From a virus (Duplodnaviria; Heunggongvirae; Uroviricota; Caudoviricetes): 55,602 nt of DNA. A program made the translations under genes and the position numbers. Under the pieces are notes generated by a model that was not told where the DNA came from, did no database searches, and saw only the letters and a list, made by a program, of their open reading frames with translations. The DNA lies in IMG/VR virus record IMGVR_UViG_2923286960_000003, positions 1 to 55,602 of that record. The stretch is one strand, 5' to 3'. The first letter of the stretch is position 1, and each line of letters begins with the position of its first letter. Below are positions 37,434 to 49,030 of the stretch, one piece after another.

Positions 37434-38150
37434 ATGTCTGCTTTGTATGAACGCTCACAGCTGACGCAGGTGATGATTTCATCTGCCCCGGCGACTGCTG
37501 AAACTATGGATAAGGCGGAATATCTGCGCCTGGATTGCACCATCAAGGAAGTCCAGTTCACCGCCGGTCAGAAACAGGATATTGATGTGACCACGCTCTG
37601 CTCCACCGAGCAGGAGAACATCAACGGTCTGGGGGCGTCGTCTGAGATTTCCATGTCGGGTAATTTTTATCTGAATCAGGCCCAGAACGCCCTGCGTGAT
37701 GCCTATGACAATGACGCGTTGTATGCGTTTAAGGTGCTGTTTCCGTCCGGTAAGGGCTTTAAGTTCCTGGCGGAAGTGCGTCAGCACACCTGGTCATCCG
37801 GTACCAACGGCGTGGTGGCAGCAACGTTTTCACTGCGTATGAAAGGCAAACCGGTGTCCTTTGTGGTACCGCTGGCGTTTGTGAAAAATCTGGATAAAAC
37901 ACTTACCGTGAATACAGGTGCGCTGCTGACAATGTCAGTCAGTGCCAACGGGGGAACGCCGCCGTATAAATACGCCTGGAAGAAGGATGGTCAGCCGGTT
38001 GACGGGCAGACGACAGACACCTTCAGTAAGCCAGGTGCGCAGTCCGCTGATGCGGGGAAATATACCTGCGTGGTGACCGATTCGGCAGAGAAAGCACAGA
38101 GTGTGACGTCTGTTGAATGCACCGTGACAGTGAGCGCAGCCGCCGGATAA
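37434..38150 (+). CDS. major tail protein with C-terminal Ig-like domain
   Basis: RBS caggaggcagaATG; position before chaperone and tape measure genes. Confidence 0.7.
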   Translation: MSALYERSQLTQVMISSAPATAETMDKAEYLRLDCTIKEVQFTAGQKQDIDVTTLCSTEQENINGLGASSEISMSGNFYLNQAQNALRDAYDNDALYAFKVLFPSGKGFKFLAEVRQHTWSSGTNGVVAATFSLRMKGKPVSFVVPLAFVKNLDKTLTVNTGALLTMSVSANGGTPPYKYAWKKDGQPVDGQTTDTFSKPGAQSADAGKYTCVVTDSAEKAQSVTSVECTVTVSAAAG

Positions 38151-38164
38151 GGGGATGGGTCATC

Positions 38165-38539
38165 ATGAAAAAGGATCTGAAAACGCTGGCGCTGGCCAGA
38201 CTGTCAGGGTTTCGTCATAAAACGGTGAAGGTGCCGGAATGGGGTAATGTCAGCGTGGTGCTGCGGGAGCCTTCGGCAGAGGCCTGGTATCTGTGGCAGG
38301 AAGTGCTCAATGGTGATGGAGAGGATGACGATACCCTGTCGGTGGTGGCGAAAACCCGCCGTAACCTGGAAGCGGATGTGACGCTGTTCTGCGATGTCCT
38401 GTGTGATACGGATCTGCAGCGGGTGTTCGCTCCGGACGACCGTGAGCAGGTGCTGGCCGTCTATGGTCCGGTACATGCCCGGTTGCTGCGTCAGGCACTG
38501 GAACTGATCGCTGATGCAGAGTCGGCCAGAAAAAAGTAG
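38165..38539 (+). CDS. tail assembly chaperone (G-like)
   Basis: acidic ~125-aa protein ending at slippery site. Confidence 0.65.
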   Translation: MKKDLKTLALARLSGFRHKTVKVPEWGNVSVVLREPSAEAWYLWQEVLNGDGEDDDTLSVVAKTRRNLEADVTLFCDVLCDTDLQRVFAPDDREQVLAVYGPVHARLLRQALELIADAESARKK

Positions 38540-38844
38540 CCCGCCCGGAAATTCGCTTTCTGATGCGACTTGCGCTCCGTCTGGGGCGCACCTTATCCGA
38601 ACTGCGGCACAGCCTGAGTGTGAGCGAGGCGATGATGTGGATGGAGTTCGACAGGGTATCCCCGCTGGGTGATGAGCGCGGGGATATCCGTAATGCACAG
38701 ATCGTGAAAGCGGTTTTTGGGGCACAGGGGATGAATGTTGCACTGAAGGACGCCATGCTCTGCTGGGGCGAGGATGAGGATAAGCCGGAGGTGGATCCGT
38801 TTGCGGCGCTGGAAGACGCGCTGAGCTTTGCAGCACAGTCATGA
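38165..38844 (+). CDS. tail assembly chaperone GT-like fusion via programmed -1 frameshift
   Basis: slippery heptamer A AAA AAG at 38530-38536 just before G stop; -1 frame continues open to 38844. Confidence 0.55.
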
Positions 38845-38891
38845 ATGATGAGAACCGCTGAGGCGGTTTTTTTACGCCCGGAGAAAGGTGA

Positions 38892-41800
38892 ATGGCGACG
38901 TTACGTGAACTGATTATCAAAATTTCGGCAAATTCGCAGTCATTCCAGTCGGAGATCCAGCGGGCTTCCCGCATGGGCAGTGAATATTACCGGACCCTGC
39001 AGAATGGCGGGCGTCAGGCTGCCGCAGTCGCCCGGGAGCAGCGACGCGCCCTGGCTGAGCTGAACAGCCAGTTGACGGAAATCCGCGCTTCAGCTGCCGG
39101 AACGGCGGGGGCATTTGCAGGTGCCTTTGCCACCGGACACCTGATTTCTCTGGCCGATGAATGGAGTTCCGTGAATGCCCGACTGAAACAGGCGTCGCAG
39201 TCATCCGATGAATTTTCGTCATCACAGAAAGTGCTGATGGATATCAGCCAGCGGACGGGCACGGCATTTTCAGATAATGCGGCCCTGTTTGCCCGCTCGG
39301 CAGCCTCAATGCGTGAATATGGTTACAGTGCTGATGATGTGCTGAAGGTGACGGAGGCCATTTCCACGGGGCTGAAAATCTCCGGTGCCAGTACGGCAGA
39401 GGCGGGCTCGGTGATCACCCAGTTCAGCCAGGCGCTGGCACAGGGTGTGTTACGCGGTGAGGAATTTAATTCGGTCAATGAAAGCGGAGACCGGATCGTA
39501 CGTGCACTGGCTGCGGGTATGGGCGTGGCCCGTAAAGACCTTAAGGCGATGGCGGACGACGGCAAACTGACGGCGGATAAAGTCGTTCCTGCGTTAATCA
39601 GCCAGCTGGGGGTATTGCGTGATGAATATGCCGCCATGCCGGAAACGGTCTCTGACGGGATCACAAAGGTGGAAAACGCCTTTATGGCCTGGGTGGGTGG
39701 CGCGAATGAAGCCAGCGGAGCGACGAAAACGCTCTCCGGCGTGCTGAACGGTGTTGCCGGTAATATTGATAATGTGGCAACAGCCGCGGGGGCGCTGGTT
39801 GCCGTCGGGGTTGCCCGGTACTTTGGCAATATGGCCTCCGGAGCGGTGTCTGCCACGGCAGGACTTGTGACGGCAGCACGTAATGAAGTGGCACTGGCGG
39901 AAGCACAGCTCAGGGGGACGCAGATTGCCACGGCGCGGGCAAGGGCAGCCGTGTACCGTGCACAGCAGGCTGTGGCGGCAGCCCGCGGGACGGAGATGCA
40001 GATTGCTGCAGAAGCCCGTCTGGCGGCCACACAGGAACGCCTGAACAGAAATATTGCTGCCAGAACCGCAGCCCAGAATGCGCTGAACAGTACAACGGCG
40101 GTGGGCTCACGTCTGATGACTGGTGCGTTGGGACTGGTTGGTGGCGTACCCGGACTGGTGATGCTGGGGGCAGCAGCATGGTATACGCTGTACCAGAATC
40201 AGGAGCAGGCCAGGGAGTCAGCGCGCCAGTATGCACTGACGATAGATGAAATCGCGCATAAAACGCCGTCAATGTCTTTGCCTGAAGCCTCAGATAATGA
40301 AGGACGAACACGGGCGGCGCTGGCAGAGCAGAACCGGCTGATTGATGAACAGGCCAGCCGGGTGAAATCCCTGCAGGAAAAAATCGCTGGATATCAGTAT
40401 GTTCTGGCTAACCCTGGCTGGACAACCGGTGACGGATTCATGATAAACCATCTGACATCGGTGAAGACCGTGACGGAAGGGCTTTCTCAGGCAACAGAGC
40501 AGCTTGCCGTTGAGCAGTCCCGTCTGGCACAGATGCAGGAAAAAGCGCAGTCCATTCAGGATGTGCTTGCCGGGCTGGAAGACCGTCGTGTGGCGTTAAT
40601 TCGTCAGCAGGCGGCAGAGCAGAATAAGGTGTACCAGTCCATGCTGGTTATGAACGGTCAGCATACGGAATTCAACCGTCTGCTGGGGCTGGGTAATGAA
40701 CTGCTTCAGCAGCGGCAGGGACTGGTGAATGTGCCGTTACGGCTGCCACAGGCCACTCTGGATGATAAACAGCAGAGTGCCCTGACAAAAACAGAGCGTG
40801 AGCTGGCCCTGTCCAGACTGAAAGGGGAAGAAAAAGAGCGTGTCCGACTGGGGTATGCGGCGGATGACCTCGGTTTTGTGGGTGAACCGTATCAGGAGGC
40901 GAGACAACGTTATATCAGTAATGCCCTGGAAGCCTGGCGCAATAACGAGGCGAATAAACCCAAATCCCGGGGTGGAAAATCAGAGACGGAAAAAGCGGAA
41001 GACAGTTTTTCCCGGCTGCTGAAGCAGCAGAAAGAGCAATTGGCACTTGCGGGGCAGAATACAGAGCTGGCGAAGCTGAAATACCAGACTGCGCAGGGCG
41101 AACTGAAAACCCTGACGGAGATGCAGAAGCAGGAACTGCTGCGCAATGCGGCCCTGATTGACCAGCAAAAAATCCGGGAGCAGTTGCGGTCCCGGGAAGA
41201 GACCCTGAAGAATGATAATGTGGCTGCGCGTGCATCAAATGAAGCGGAACTGCTGGGGTACGGGCAGGGAGAGCGGCTCCGTGAACGCATGCGGGAGTTG
41301 CAGCAGATCCGCGACAGTTTCCGCCAGAAGGATGCGGACCTTCAGTCTCAGTATCAGACCGGGGATATCAGTGAGGATTTTTACAGACAGGCTCTGGCAC
41401 AGAACGCGCAGTATCTGAGTGAACGTCTGAAAGAGCAGGAAGCCTTTTATGCCGAATCGGATGTGCAGCGTGCGGACTGGCAGAAAGGGCTGCAGGAGGG
41501 ATTCAGTAACTGGGTGGATAATGCGTCCGATTACGCCTCACAGGCAGCACAGCTGGCGACGGAGGGTATCTCAGGGATGGTGAATAACATCACGGAGATG
41601 CTGAACGGAAATAAAGTGGAATGGCGCAGCTGGGCCTCATCAGTGCTGCAGGAAATATCAAAAGTTCTTATGAATGCCGCGATTGTCAACGGGATCAAGA
41701 CGGCGGCAAACAGTATGTCCGGAGCGGGAGGATTTATCGGCAGTATTGGTAGCTGGCTGGGCGGTGCGGTGGCCAATGCAAAAGGCGGGGTGTATACCTC

Positions 41801-42134
41801 GGCAAACCTGAGTGCGTACAGCAACAGTATTGTGGATACGCCCACGTACTTTGCCTTTGCAAAAGGGGCGGGACTGATGGGGGAGGCCGGTCCTGAAGCC
41901 ATTATGCCCCTGACCCGGGCGGCGGATGGCTCGCTGGGTGTGCGAGCGGTGGGCAGTATGAACGGCAGTGCAGGTCTGGTGTATTCCCCGGTCTACCATA
42001 TCGCCATTCAGAATGACGGGACTAATGGCCAGATAGGGCCGGAAGCTGCGGGCAGCCTTGTGCAACTGATTGACCAGCGGGTGCAGGCGGTGATGCTGTC
42101 CATGCGACGTGACGGAGGAATGCTGAGTGGCTGA
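38892..42134 (+). CDS. tail tape measure protein
   Basis: 1080 aa, largely helical/coiled-coil, between chaperone and M/L genes. Confidence 0.9.
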   Translation: MATLRELIIKISANSQSFQSEIQRASRMGSEYYRTLQNGGRQAAAVAREQRRALAELNSQLTEIRASAAGTAGAFAGAFATGHLISLADEWSSVNARLKQASQSSDEFSSSQKVLMDISQRTGTAFSDNAALFARSAASMREYGYSADDVLKVTEAISTGLKISGASTAEAGSVITQFSQALAQGVLRGEEFNSVNESGDRIVRALAAGMGVARKDLKAMADDGKLTADKVVPALISQLGVLRDEYAAMPETVSDGITKVENAFMAWVGGANEASGATKTLSGVLNGVAGNIDNVATAAGALVAVGVARYFGNMASGAVSATAGLVTAARNEVALAEAQLRGTQIATARARAAVYRAQQAVAAARGTEMQIAAEARLAATQERLNRNIAARTAAQNALNSTTAVGSRLMTGALGLVGGVPGLVMLGAAAWYTLYQNQEQARESARQYALTIDEIAHKTPSMSLPEASDNEGRTRAALAEQNRLIDEQASRVKSLQEKIAGYQYVLANPGWTTGDGFMINHLTSVKTVTEGLSQATEQLAVEQSRLAQMQEKAQSIQDVLAGLEDRRVALIRQQAAEQNKVYQSMLVMNGQHTEFNRLLGLGNELLQQRQGLVNVPLRLPQATLDDKQQSALTKTERELALSRLKGEEKERVRLGYAADDLGFVGEPYQEARQRYISNALEAWRNNEANKPKSRGGKSETEKAEDSFSRLLKQQKEQLALAGQNTELAKLKYQTAQGELKTLTEMQKQELLRNAALIDQQKIREQLRSREETLKNDNVAARASNEAELLGYGQGERLRERMRELQQIRDSFRQKDADLQSQYQTGDISEDFYRQALAQNAQYLSERLKEQEAFYAESDVQRADWQKGLQEGFSNWVDNASDYASQAAQLATEGISGMVNNITEMLNGNKVEWRSWASSVLQEISKVLMNAAIVNGIKTAANSMSGAGGFIGSIGSWLGGAVANAKGGVYTSANLSAYSNSIVDTPTYFAFAKGAGLMGEAGPEAIMPLTRAADGSLGVRAVGSMNGSAGLVYSPVYHIAIQNDGTNGQIGPEAAGSLVQLIDQRVQAVMLSMRRDGGMLSG

Positions 42135-42468
42135 GATAAAAACGCTGCATCTGGTCCCGCGTGAAGGGATGCAGGTGAGTGAGAAACCGTCGGTGGCGAG
42201 GGTACGGTTTGGTGACGGTTATGAACAGCGCCGCCCGACGGGACTTAATGCCCGACTGAAGACGTTTCAGGCGGTGTTCCGGGTGACGGATGAGGCGACC
42301 CGGCGATGGCTGGAAGAGTTTTTATCGTGGCATGGTGGTTACCGTGCCTTTTTGTGGCGACCGCCGAAACATAACCGGACGGTGAGGGTGGTATGCCGGG
42401 AGTGGAGCGTCACAGATAACGCCAGGTACAGTGATTTCAGTTGTACGATTGAGCAGGTGGTGAACTGA
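42127..42468 (+). CDS. minor tail protein M-like
   Basis: 113 aa, lambda gene order. Confidence 0.75.
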   Translation: MAEIKTLHLVPREGMQVSEKPSVARVRFGDGYEQRRPTGLNARLKTFQAVFRVTDEATRRWLEEFLSWHGGYRAFLWRPPKHNRTVRVVCREWSVTDNARYSDFSCTIEQVVN

Positions 42469-43166
42469 TGCAGGATATTCACGAAGAAAGTCTGAACGAG
42501 TCGGTTAAATCAGAGCAGTCACCGCGGGTGGTACTCTGGGAAATCGACCTGACGGTACAGGGCGGTGAGCGGTATTTTTTCTGTAATGAGCTGAATGAAA
42601 AAGGGGAGCCGGTCACCTGGCAGGGGCGTAAGTATGAGGCGTACCCGATTGATGGCAGCGGCTTTGAAATGAACGGGAAAGGCAGCAGTGCCAGACCGTC
42701 GCTGACGGTGTCCAATCTGTTCGGCCTTGTCACCGGGATGGCGGAAGACCTGCAGAGTCTGGTGGGGGCCACGGTGGTCCGCCGCCGGGTGTATGCCCGT
42801 TTTCTGGATGCGGTGAATTTTGTGGCGGGCAATCCGGAAGCGGACCCGGAGCAGGAGCTGAGCGACCGCTGGGTGGTGGAGCAGATGTCGCAGCTGACAG
42901 CCATGACGGCCTCGTTTGTGCTGGCCACACCGACCGAGACGGACGGAGCGCAGTTTCCCGGTCGTATCATGCTGGCGAACACCTGTATGTGGACCTACCG
43001 CTCTGATGAGTGTGGTTACACGGGCGGGGCTGTGGCGGATGAGTTCGATAAACCCACCACGGATATCCGTAAGGACAGATGCAGCAAGTGCATGCGCGGG
43101 TGTGAACTGCGCAGGAATGTCGGCAATTTTGGCGGTTTCCTTTCCATTAATAAACTTTCGCAGTAA
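42468..43166 (+). CDS. minor tail protein L-like
   Basis: 232 aa with C-terminal Cys cluster; gene order. Confidence 0.75.
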   Translation: MQDIHEESLNESVKSEQSPRVVLWEIDLTVQGGERYFFCNELNEKGEPVTWQGRKYEAYPIDGSGFEMNGKGSSARPSLTVSNLFGLVTGMAEDLQSLVGATVVRRRVYARFLDAVNFVAGNPEADPEQELSDRWVVEQMSQLTAMTASFVLATPTETDGAQFPGRIMLANTCMWTYRSDECGYTGGAVADEFDKPTTDIRKDRCSKCMRGCELRRNVGNFGGFLSINKLSQ

Positions 43167-43176
43167 ATCCCGGTTT

Positions 43177-43920
43177 ATGACACAGACTGAATCAGCGATT
43201 CTGGCGCATGCCCGGCGGTGTGCGCCTGCGGAGTCGTGCGGCTTCGTGATAAGCACGCCGGAGGGGGAGCGGTATATCCCTTGTGTGAATATTTTCGCAG
43301 AGCCGGAGGCGTATTTTCGTATCGCACCGGAAGACTGGCTGCGGGCAGAGATGCAGGGGGAGATTGTGGCACTGGTCCACAGTCATCCCGGTGAGCTGCC
43401 CTGGCTGAGCGAGGCTGACCGGCGGCTGCAGATAAAAAGCGCACTGCCCTGGTGGCTGGTCTGCCGGGGGGAAATTCATAAATTCCGCTGTGTGCCACAT
43501 CTGACAGGACGGCGCTTTGAGCACGGGGTGACGGACTGTTACACGCTGTTCCGGGATGCATACCATCTGGCGGGAATTGATATGCCGGATTTTCATCGCG
43601 AGGATGACTGGTGGCGCAACGGCCAGAACCTGTACCTGGACAATATGGCGGTCACCGGCTTTTACCGGGTGCCCCTGTCCTCTGCACAGCCGGGCGATAT
43701 CCTGCTGTGCTGCTTCGGCGCATCGGTGGCTAATCATGCCGCCATTTACTGCGGCAACGGTGAACTGCTTCACCATATTCCTGAACAACTGAGTAAACGG
43801 GAGAGGTATTCCGAAAAATGGCAACGACGAACGCATTCTGTCTGGCGTCACCGCCACTGGCACACATCTGCCTTCACGGGGATTTACAACGATTTGGCCG
43901 CCGCCTCAGCCTGTATGTGA
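43177..43920 (+). CDS. tail assembly protein K-like (JAB/MPN + NlpC/P60-like)
   Basis: HSHP motif (ALVHSHPGE) and later Cys/His residues; gene order. Confidence 0.7.
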   Translation: MTQTESAILAHARRCAPAESCGFVISTPEGERYIPCVNIFAEPEAYFRIAPEDWLRAEMQGEIVALVHSHPGELPWLSEADRRLQIKSALPWWLVCRGEIHKFRCVPHLTGRRFEHGVTDCYTLFRDAYHLAGIDMPDFHREDDWWRNGQNLYLDNMAVTGFYRVPLSSAQPGDILLCCFGASVANHAAIYCGNGELLHHIPEQLSKRERYSEKWQRRTHSVWRHRHWHTSAFTGIYNDLAAASACM

Positions 43921-44498
43921 ACACGGCAGCGGAAGCCATTCGCGCCCTGTCGATGCAGATGCCGGGCTTTCGCCTTCAGATGAACGAAGGCTGGTACCAG
44001 ATACGTATTGCCGGTGAAGACACGGCACCGGAGGTGGTGTACGCCCGCCTTCACGAACAGCTGGGTGAGGGAACGGTCATCCACATTGTGCCGCGACTGG
44101 CCGGGGCCGGAAAGGGTGGACTGCAGATTGTGTTGGGGGCGGCAGCCATCGTGGGCTCTTTCTTCACTGCCGGGGCATCAATGGCGTTATGGGGTTCAGC
44201 CCTGGCAGCCGGTGGTTTTTCTGCCACCACGATGCTGTTTTCACTTGGAGCCAGCATGATTCTGGGCGGTGTGGCCCAGATGCTGGCCCCGAAGGCAAAA
44301 ACACCGGATTACCGCGCAACGGATAACGGCAGACAGAACACGTACTTTTCCTCGCTGGATAACATGATTGCCCAGGGGAACCCGATGCCGGTGCCTTACG
44401 GGGAAATGCTGGTTGGCTCCCGCCGTATATCCCAGGACATCAGCACCCGTGATGAAGGCGGGGGCGGAAAGGTCGTGGTTATCGGGCGACAGGGATAA
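43818..44498 (+). CDS. tail assembly protein I-like
   Basis: overlaps K 3' end; hydrophobic Gly/Ala-rich C-terminal half. Confidence 0.65.
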   Translation: MATTNAFCLASPPLAHICLHGDLQRFGRRLSLYVNTAAEAIRALSMQMPGFRLQMNEGWYQIRIAGEDTAPEVVYARLHEQLGEGTVIHIVPRLAGAGKGGLQIVLGAAAIVGSFFTAGASMALWGSALAAGGFSATTMLFSLGASMILGGVAQMLAPKAKTPDYRATDNGRQNTYFSSLDNMIAQGNPMPVPYGEMLVGSRRISQDISTRDEGGGGKVVVIGRQG

Positions 44499-44738
44499 AA
44501 CATAAAAAAATCCCGCAGTGATCGCGGAGCTGCGGGGACAGACAAATGAAGATCAATGTGAAGGAGTTGTTTTTGTTACTCGGGCAAAAAAACACTAACG
44601 CAGCGAAATTATAAGCGCCACAGTCAGTGTGTGAAAATGTGAAGATATTCAGAAATTTTATTCCGTCATGACGCAGGCACCCGGTGAGGTGCCTGTTGTT
44701 TTTGTGAGTGAACAATTATCACGGTAAGAGGTGATGTA

Positions 44739-47700
44739 ATGGGCAAAGGTGGCGGCAAGGCGCACACACCGCGTGAGGCGAAAGACAATCTCAAATCCAC
44801 GCAGATGATGAGCGTGATTGATGCGATTGGTGAGGGACCGATAGAAGGCCCGGTGAAAGGCCTGCAGAGTATTCTGGTGAACAAAACCCCGCTGACGGAC
44901 ACGGACGGTAATCCCGTGATACACGGTGTGACGGCGGTCTGGCGCGCCGGGGAGCAGGAGCAGACACCACCGGAAGGCTTTGAGTCCTCCGGAGCTGAAA
45001 CCGGACTGGGCGTGGAAGTGACGAAGGCAAAACCGGTGACGCGCACCATTACGTCCGCGAACATTGACCGCCTGCGGGTTACCTTCGGGGTGCAGTCACT
45101 GGTGCAGACCACGTCAAAGGGCGACCGTAATCCTTCCTCTGTCCGGATTCTGATTCAGTTACAGCGTAATGGCCGCTGGGTGACGGAAAAGGACGTCACC
45201 ATTAACGGCAAGACCACCTCACAGTTCCTGGCCTCGGTGATTCTGGATAATCTGCCTCCCCGGCCCTTTAACATCCGGATGGTCAGGGAGACGGCGGACA
45301 GCACCACGGACCAGCTGCAGAATAAGACGCTGTGGTCGTCATACACCGAAATCATCGATGTGAAACAGTGCTACCCGAACACGGCCATTGTGGGGCTGCA
45401 GGTGGATGCGGAGCAGTTCGGCGGCCAGCAGATGACGGTGAACTACCATATCCGCGGTCGCATCATCCAGGTGCCGTCAAACTATGACCCGGAAAAACGC
45501 ACGTACAGTGGTATCTGGGACGGCAGTCTGAAACCGGCATACAGCAACAACCCGGCCTGGTGCCTGTGGGACATGCTGACTCACCCGCGCTACGGCATGG
45601 GAAAACGTCTGGGGGCGGCGGATGTGGACAAGTGGGCGCTGTATGCCATCGGGCAGTACTGCGACCAGACGGTCCCGGATGGTTTCGGGGGGACAGAGCC
45701 GCGGATGACCTTTAATGCGTACCTGGCACAACAGCGTAAGGCGTGGGACGTTCTCAGTGATTTCTGCTCTGCGATGCGCTGTATGCCGGTATGGAACGGT
45801 CAGACGCTGACGTTCGTTCAGGACCGCCCGTCGGATGTGGTGTGGCCGTACACCAACAGCGATGTGGTGGTGGATGATAACGGCGTGGGATTCCGCTACA
45901 GCTTCAGTGCCCTGAAGGACCGGCACACGGCGGTGGAGGTGAATTACACCGACCCGCAGAACGGCTGGCAGACCTCCACGGAACTGGTGGAAGACCCGGA
46001 AGCCATACTGCGCTACGGACGCAACCTGCTGAAGATGGACGCGTTCGGCTGTACCAGCCGCGGTCAGGCCCACCGTGCCGGACTGTGGGTGATAAAGACC
46101 GAACTGCTGGAAACGCAGACGGTGGATTTCACGCTCGGGTCTCAGGGGCTGCGGCACACACCCGGTGACATCATTGAAATCTGTGATAACGACTATACCG
46201 GGACCCTGACCGGCGGACGTGTCCTGTCCATTGATGCTGCCACCCGCACCCTGACGCTGGACCGTGAAGTGACACTTCCGGAGACCGGTGCCGCCACGGT
46301 GAACCTGATTAACGGCAGCGGTAAGCCGGTGAGTGTGGGCATCACCGAACACCCCGCGCCGGACCGGATACAGGTCAGTACCCTGCCTGATGGTGTGGAG
46401 ACATACGGGGTGTGGGGACTCTCCCTGCCGTCACTGCGCCGTCGCCTGTTCCGCTGTGTCTCCGTCCGGGAAAACACGGACGGCACCTTTGCCATCACGG
46501 CGGTGCAGCACGTACCGGAAAAAGAAGCCATCGTGGATAACGGTGCCCGCTTTGAGCCGCAGTCAGGTTCCCTGAACAGCGTCATCCCACCGGCAGTGCA
46601 GCACCTGACGGTGGAGGTGAGCGCAGCTGACGGCCAGTATCTGGCGCAGGCGAAATGGGACACGCCGCGGGTGGTGAAGGGTGTGCGCTTCAGTCTGCGC
46701 CTGACCAGTGGTAAGGGAACGGATGCCAGACTGGTGACCACCGCCATCACCGCAGACACGGAGCACCGTTTCAGCGGCCTGCCGCTCGGGGAATACACCC
46801 TGACGGTGCGGGCGATAAACAGCTATGGCCAGCAGGGTGAACCTGCCACCACCACCTTCCGGATTGCCGCACCGGCAGCACCGTCGCGGATTGAGCTGAC
46901 GCCGGGCTATTTTCAGATAACCGCCACGCCGCATCTTGCCGTTTATGACCCGACGGTACAGTTTGAGTTCTGGTTCTCGGAAAAGCGGATTGCGGATATC
47001 AGGCAGGTTGAAACCGCAGCCCGCTATCTTGGCTCGGCGCTGTACTGGATAGCTGCCAGTATCAATATCAAGCCGGGCCATGATTATTACTTTTATATCC
47101 GCAGTGTGAATACTGTTGGCAAATCGGCATTCGTGGAGGCTGTCGGTCGGGCGAGCGATGATGCGGAAGGTTACCTGGATTTTTTCAAAGGAGAGATAGG
47201 GAAAACCCATCTGGCTCAGGAGCTGTGGACGCAGATTGATAACGATCAGCTTGCGCCTGACCTGGCTGAAATCAGGACGTCCATTACGGATGTCAGCAAT
47301 GAAATCACGCAGACTGTCAATAAGAAACTGGAAGACCAGAGTGCGGCAATCCAGCAGATACAGAAGGTTCAGGTTGATACAAATAATAACCTGAACAGCA
47401 TGTGGGCTGTGAAGCTGCAGCAGATGCAGGACGGACGCCTTTATATCGCGGGTATTGGTGCCGGTATTGAGAATACGCCAGCAGGAATGCAGAGTCAGGT
47501 GCTGCTGGCGGCAGACAGGATTGCGATGATTAATCCTGCGAATGGCAACACAAAGCCGATGTTTGTTGGTCAGGGCGATCAGATATTCATGAACGACGTG
47601 TTCCTGAAACGCCTGACGGCTCCCACCATTACCAGCGGCGGTAATCCTCCGGCATTTTCCCTGACACCGGACGGGCGGCTGACGGCGAAAAATGCCGATA

Positions 47701-48212
47701 TCAGCGGTAACGTGAATGCGAACTCCGGGACGCTCAACAACGTCACGATTAACGAGAACTGTCGGGTTCTGGGAAAACTGTCCGCCAACCAGATTGAAGG
47801 CGATCTCGTTAAAACAGTGGGCAAAGCTTTCCCCCGGGACTCCCGTGCACCGGAGCGGTGGCCATCAGGGACCATTACCGTCAGGGTTTATGACGATCAG
47901 CCGTTTGACCGGCAAATTGTTATTCCGGCGGTGGCATTCAGTGGCGCTAAGCATGAGAGAGAGCATACTGATATTTACTCCTCATGCCGTCTGATAGTGC
48001 GGAAAAACGGTGCTGAAATTTATAACCGTACCGCGCTGGATAATACGCTGATTTACAGTGGTGTTATTGATATGCCTGCCGGTCACGGTCACATGACGCT
48101 GGAGTTTTCGGTGTTAGCATGGCTGGTGAATAACTGGTATCCCACAGCAAGCATCAGCGATTTGCTGGTTGTGGTGATGAAGAAAGCCACCGCAGGCATC
48201 AGTATCAGCTGA
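44739..48212 (+). CDS. host specificity protein J-like (central tail fiber)
   Basis: 1157 aa, lambda J size and position. Confidence 0.9.
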   Translation: MGKGGGKAHTPREAKDNLKSTQMMSVIDAIGEGPIEGPVKGLQSILVNKTPLTDTDGNPVIHGVTAVWRAGEQEQTPPEGFESSGAETGLGVEVTKAKPVTRTITSANIDRLRVTFGVQSLVQTTSKGDRNPSSVRILIQLQRNGRWVTEKDVTINGKTTSQFLASVILDNLPPRPFNIRMVRETADSTTDQLQNKTLWSSYTEIIDVKQCYPNTAIVGLQVDAEQFGGQQMTVNYHIRGRIIQVPSNYDPEKRTYSGIWDGSLKPAYSNNPAWCLWDMLTHPRYGMGKRLGAADVDKWALYAIGQYCDQTVPDGFGGTEPRMTFNAYLAQQRKAWDVLSDFCSAMRCMPVWNGQTLTFVQDRPSDVVWPYTNSDVVVDDNGVGFRYSFSALKDRHTAVEVNYTDPQNGWQTSTELVEDPEAILRYGRNLLKMDAFGCTSRGQAHRAGLWVIKTELLETQTVDFTLGSQGLRHTPGDIIEICDNDYTGTLTGGRVLSIDAATRTLTLDREVTLPETGAATVNLINGSGKPVSVGITEHPAPDRIQVSTLPDGVETYGVWGLSLPSLRRRLFRCVSVRENTDGTFAITAVQHVPEKEAIVDNGARFEPQSGSLNSVIPPAVQHLTVEVSAADGQYLAQAKWDTPRVVKGVRFSLRLTSGKGTDARLVTTAITADTEHRFSGLPLGEYTLTVRAINSYGQQGEPATTTFRIAAPAAPSRIELTPGYFQITATPHLAVYDPTVQFEFWFSEKRIADIRQVETAARYLGSALYWIAASINIKPGHDYYFYIRSVNTVGKSAFVEAVGRASDDAEGYLDFFKGEIGKTHLAQELWTQIDNDQLAPDLAEIRTSITDVSNEITQTVNKKLEDQSAAIQQIQKVQVDTNNNLNSMWAVKLQQMQDGRLYIAGIGAGIENTPAGMQSQVLLAADRIAMINPANGNTKPMFVGQGDQIFMNDVFLKRLTAPTITSGGNPPAFSLTPDGRLTAKNADISGNVNANSGTLNNVTINENCRVLGKLSANQIEGDLVKTVGKAFPRDSRAPERWPSGTITVRVYDDQPFDRQIVIPAVAFSGAKHEREHTDIYSSCRLIVRKNGAEIYNRTALDNTLIYSGVIDMPAGHGHMTLEFSVLAWLVNNWYPTASISDLLVVVMKKATAGISIS

Positions 48213-48230
48213 ATTTTATAACCCATATAC

Positions 48231-48256
48231 GGGCGCCAGAAATGGCGCCTTTTTTA
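48231..48256 (+). terminator. rho-independent terminator after J
   Basis: gggcgccagaaatggcgccttttttatt. Confidence 0.6.
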
Positions 48257-48279
48257 TTGCAGAAAAGCGAGAGGTAATT

Positions 48280-48879
48280 ATGCGTAAAGTTTGTGCAGCC
48301 ATTTTGTCCGCAGCCATCTGTCTGTCCGTATCCGGTGCGCCTGCATGGGCGTCTGAACATCAGTCCACACTGAGCGCGGGGTATCTTCATGCCCGTACGA
48401 ACGCTCCCGGCAGCGATAATCTGAACGGGATTAACGTGAAATACCGTTATGAGTTTACGGACGCGCTGGGGCTGATTACGTCCTTCAGTTATGCCAATGC
48501 TGAGGATGAGCAAAAAACGCACTACAGCGATACCCGCTGGCATGAAGATTCCGTGCGTAACCGCTGGTTCAGCGTGATGGCGGGGCCGTCTGTGCGCGTG
48601 AATGAATGGTTCAGCGCGTATGTGATGGCGGGTATGGCTTACAGCCGTGTGTCGACTTTCTCCGGGGATTATCTCCGCGTAACTGACAACAAGGGGAAAA
48701 CGCACGACGTGCTGACCGGAAGTGATGACGGTCGCCACAGCAACACGTCTCTGGCGTGGGGAGCTGGCGTGCAGTTTAACCCGACCGAATCCGTGACCAT
48801 TGACCTTGCTTATGAAGGTTCCGGTAGTGGCGACTGGCGAACGGATGCATTTATTGTTGGTATCGGATACCGTTTCTGA
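48280..48879 (+). CDS. lom: Lom-like outer membrane protein (Ail/OmpX family)
   Basis: signal peptide; ends in aromatic residue (GYRF); position after J. Confidence 0.85.
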   Translation: MRKVCAAILSAAICLSVSGAPAWASEHQSTLSAGYLHARTNAPGSDNLNGINVKYRYEFTDALGLITSFSYANAEDEQKTHYSDTRWHEDSVRNRWFSVMAGPSVRVNEWFSAYVMAGMAYSRVSTFSGDYLRVTDNKGKTHDVLTGSDDGRHSNTSLAWGAGVQFNPTESVTIDLAYEGSGSGDWRTDAFIVGIGYRF

Positions 48880-48984
48880 CAACAGACGCCGATTTATCTT
48901 CTGTAAATATTGTTATGATACGCAGGTTCATCCACCTTATGGGGTGAACTGCGTTTGAGGAAACGTAAAGTTACACTGTCCTGA

Positions 48985-49017
48985 AGCCCGTGGCGTCACT
49001 GCTGCGGGCTTTTTTTA
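48985..49017 (+). terminator. rho-independent terminator after lom
   Basis: gaagcccgtggcgtcactgctgcgggctttttttatt. Confidence 0.5.
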
Positions 49018-49030
49018 TTGGTGGAAAAGT

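Noticed and set aside
39323-40311. Minus-strand ORFs of 235 aa and 133 aa inside the tape measure gene
   Set aside because: Antisense shadow ORFs within a long high-GC gene; no start context; Ala/Pro-rich low-complexity translation.
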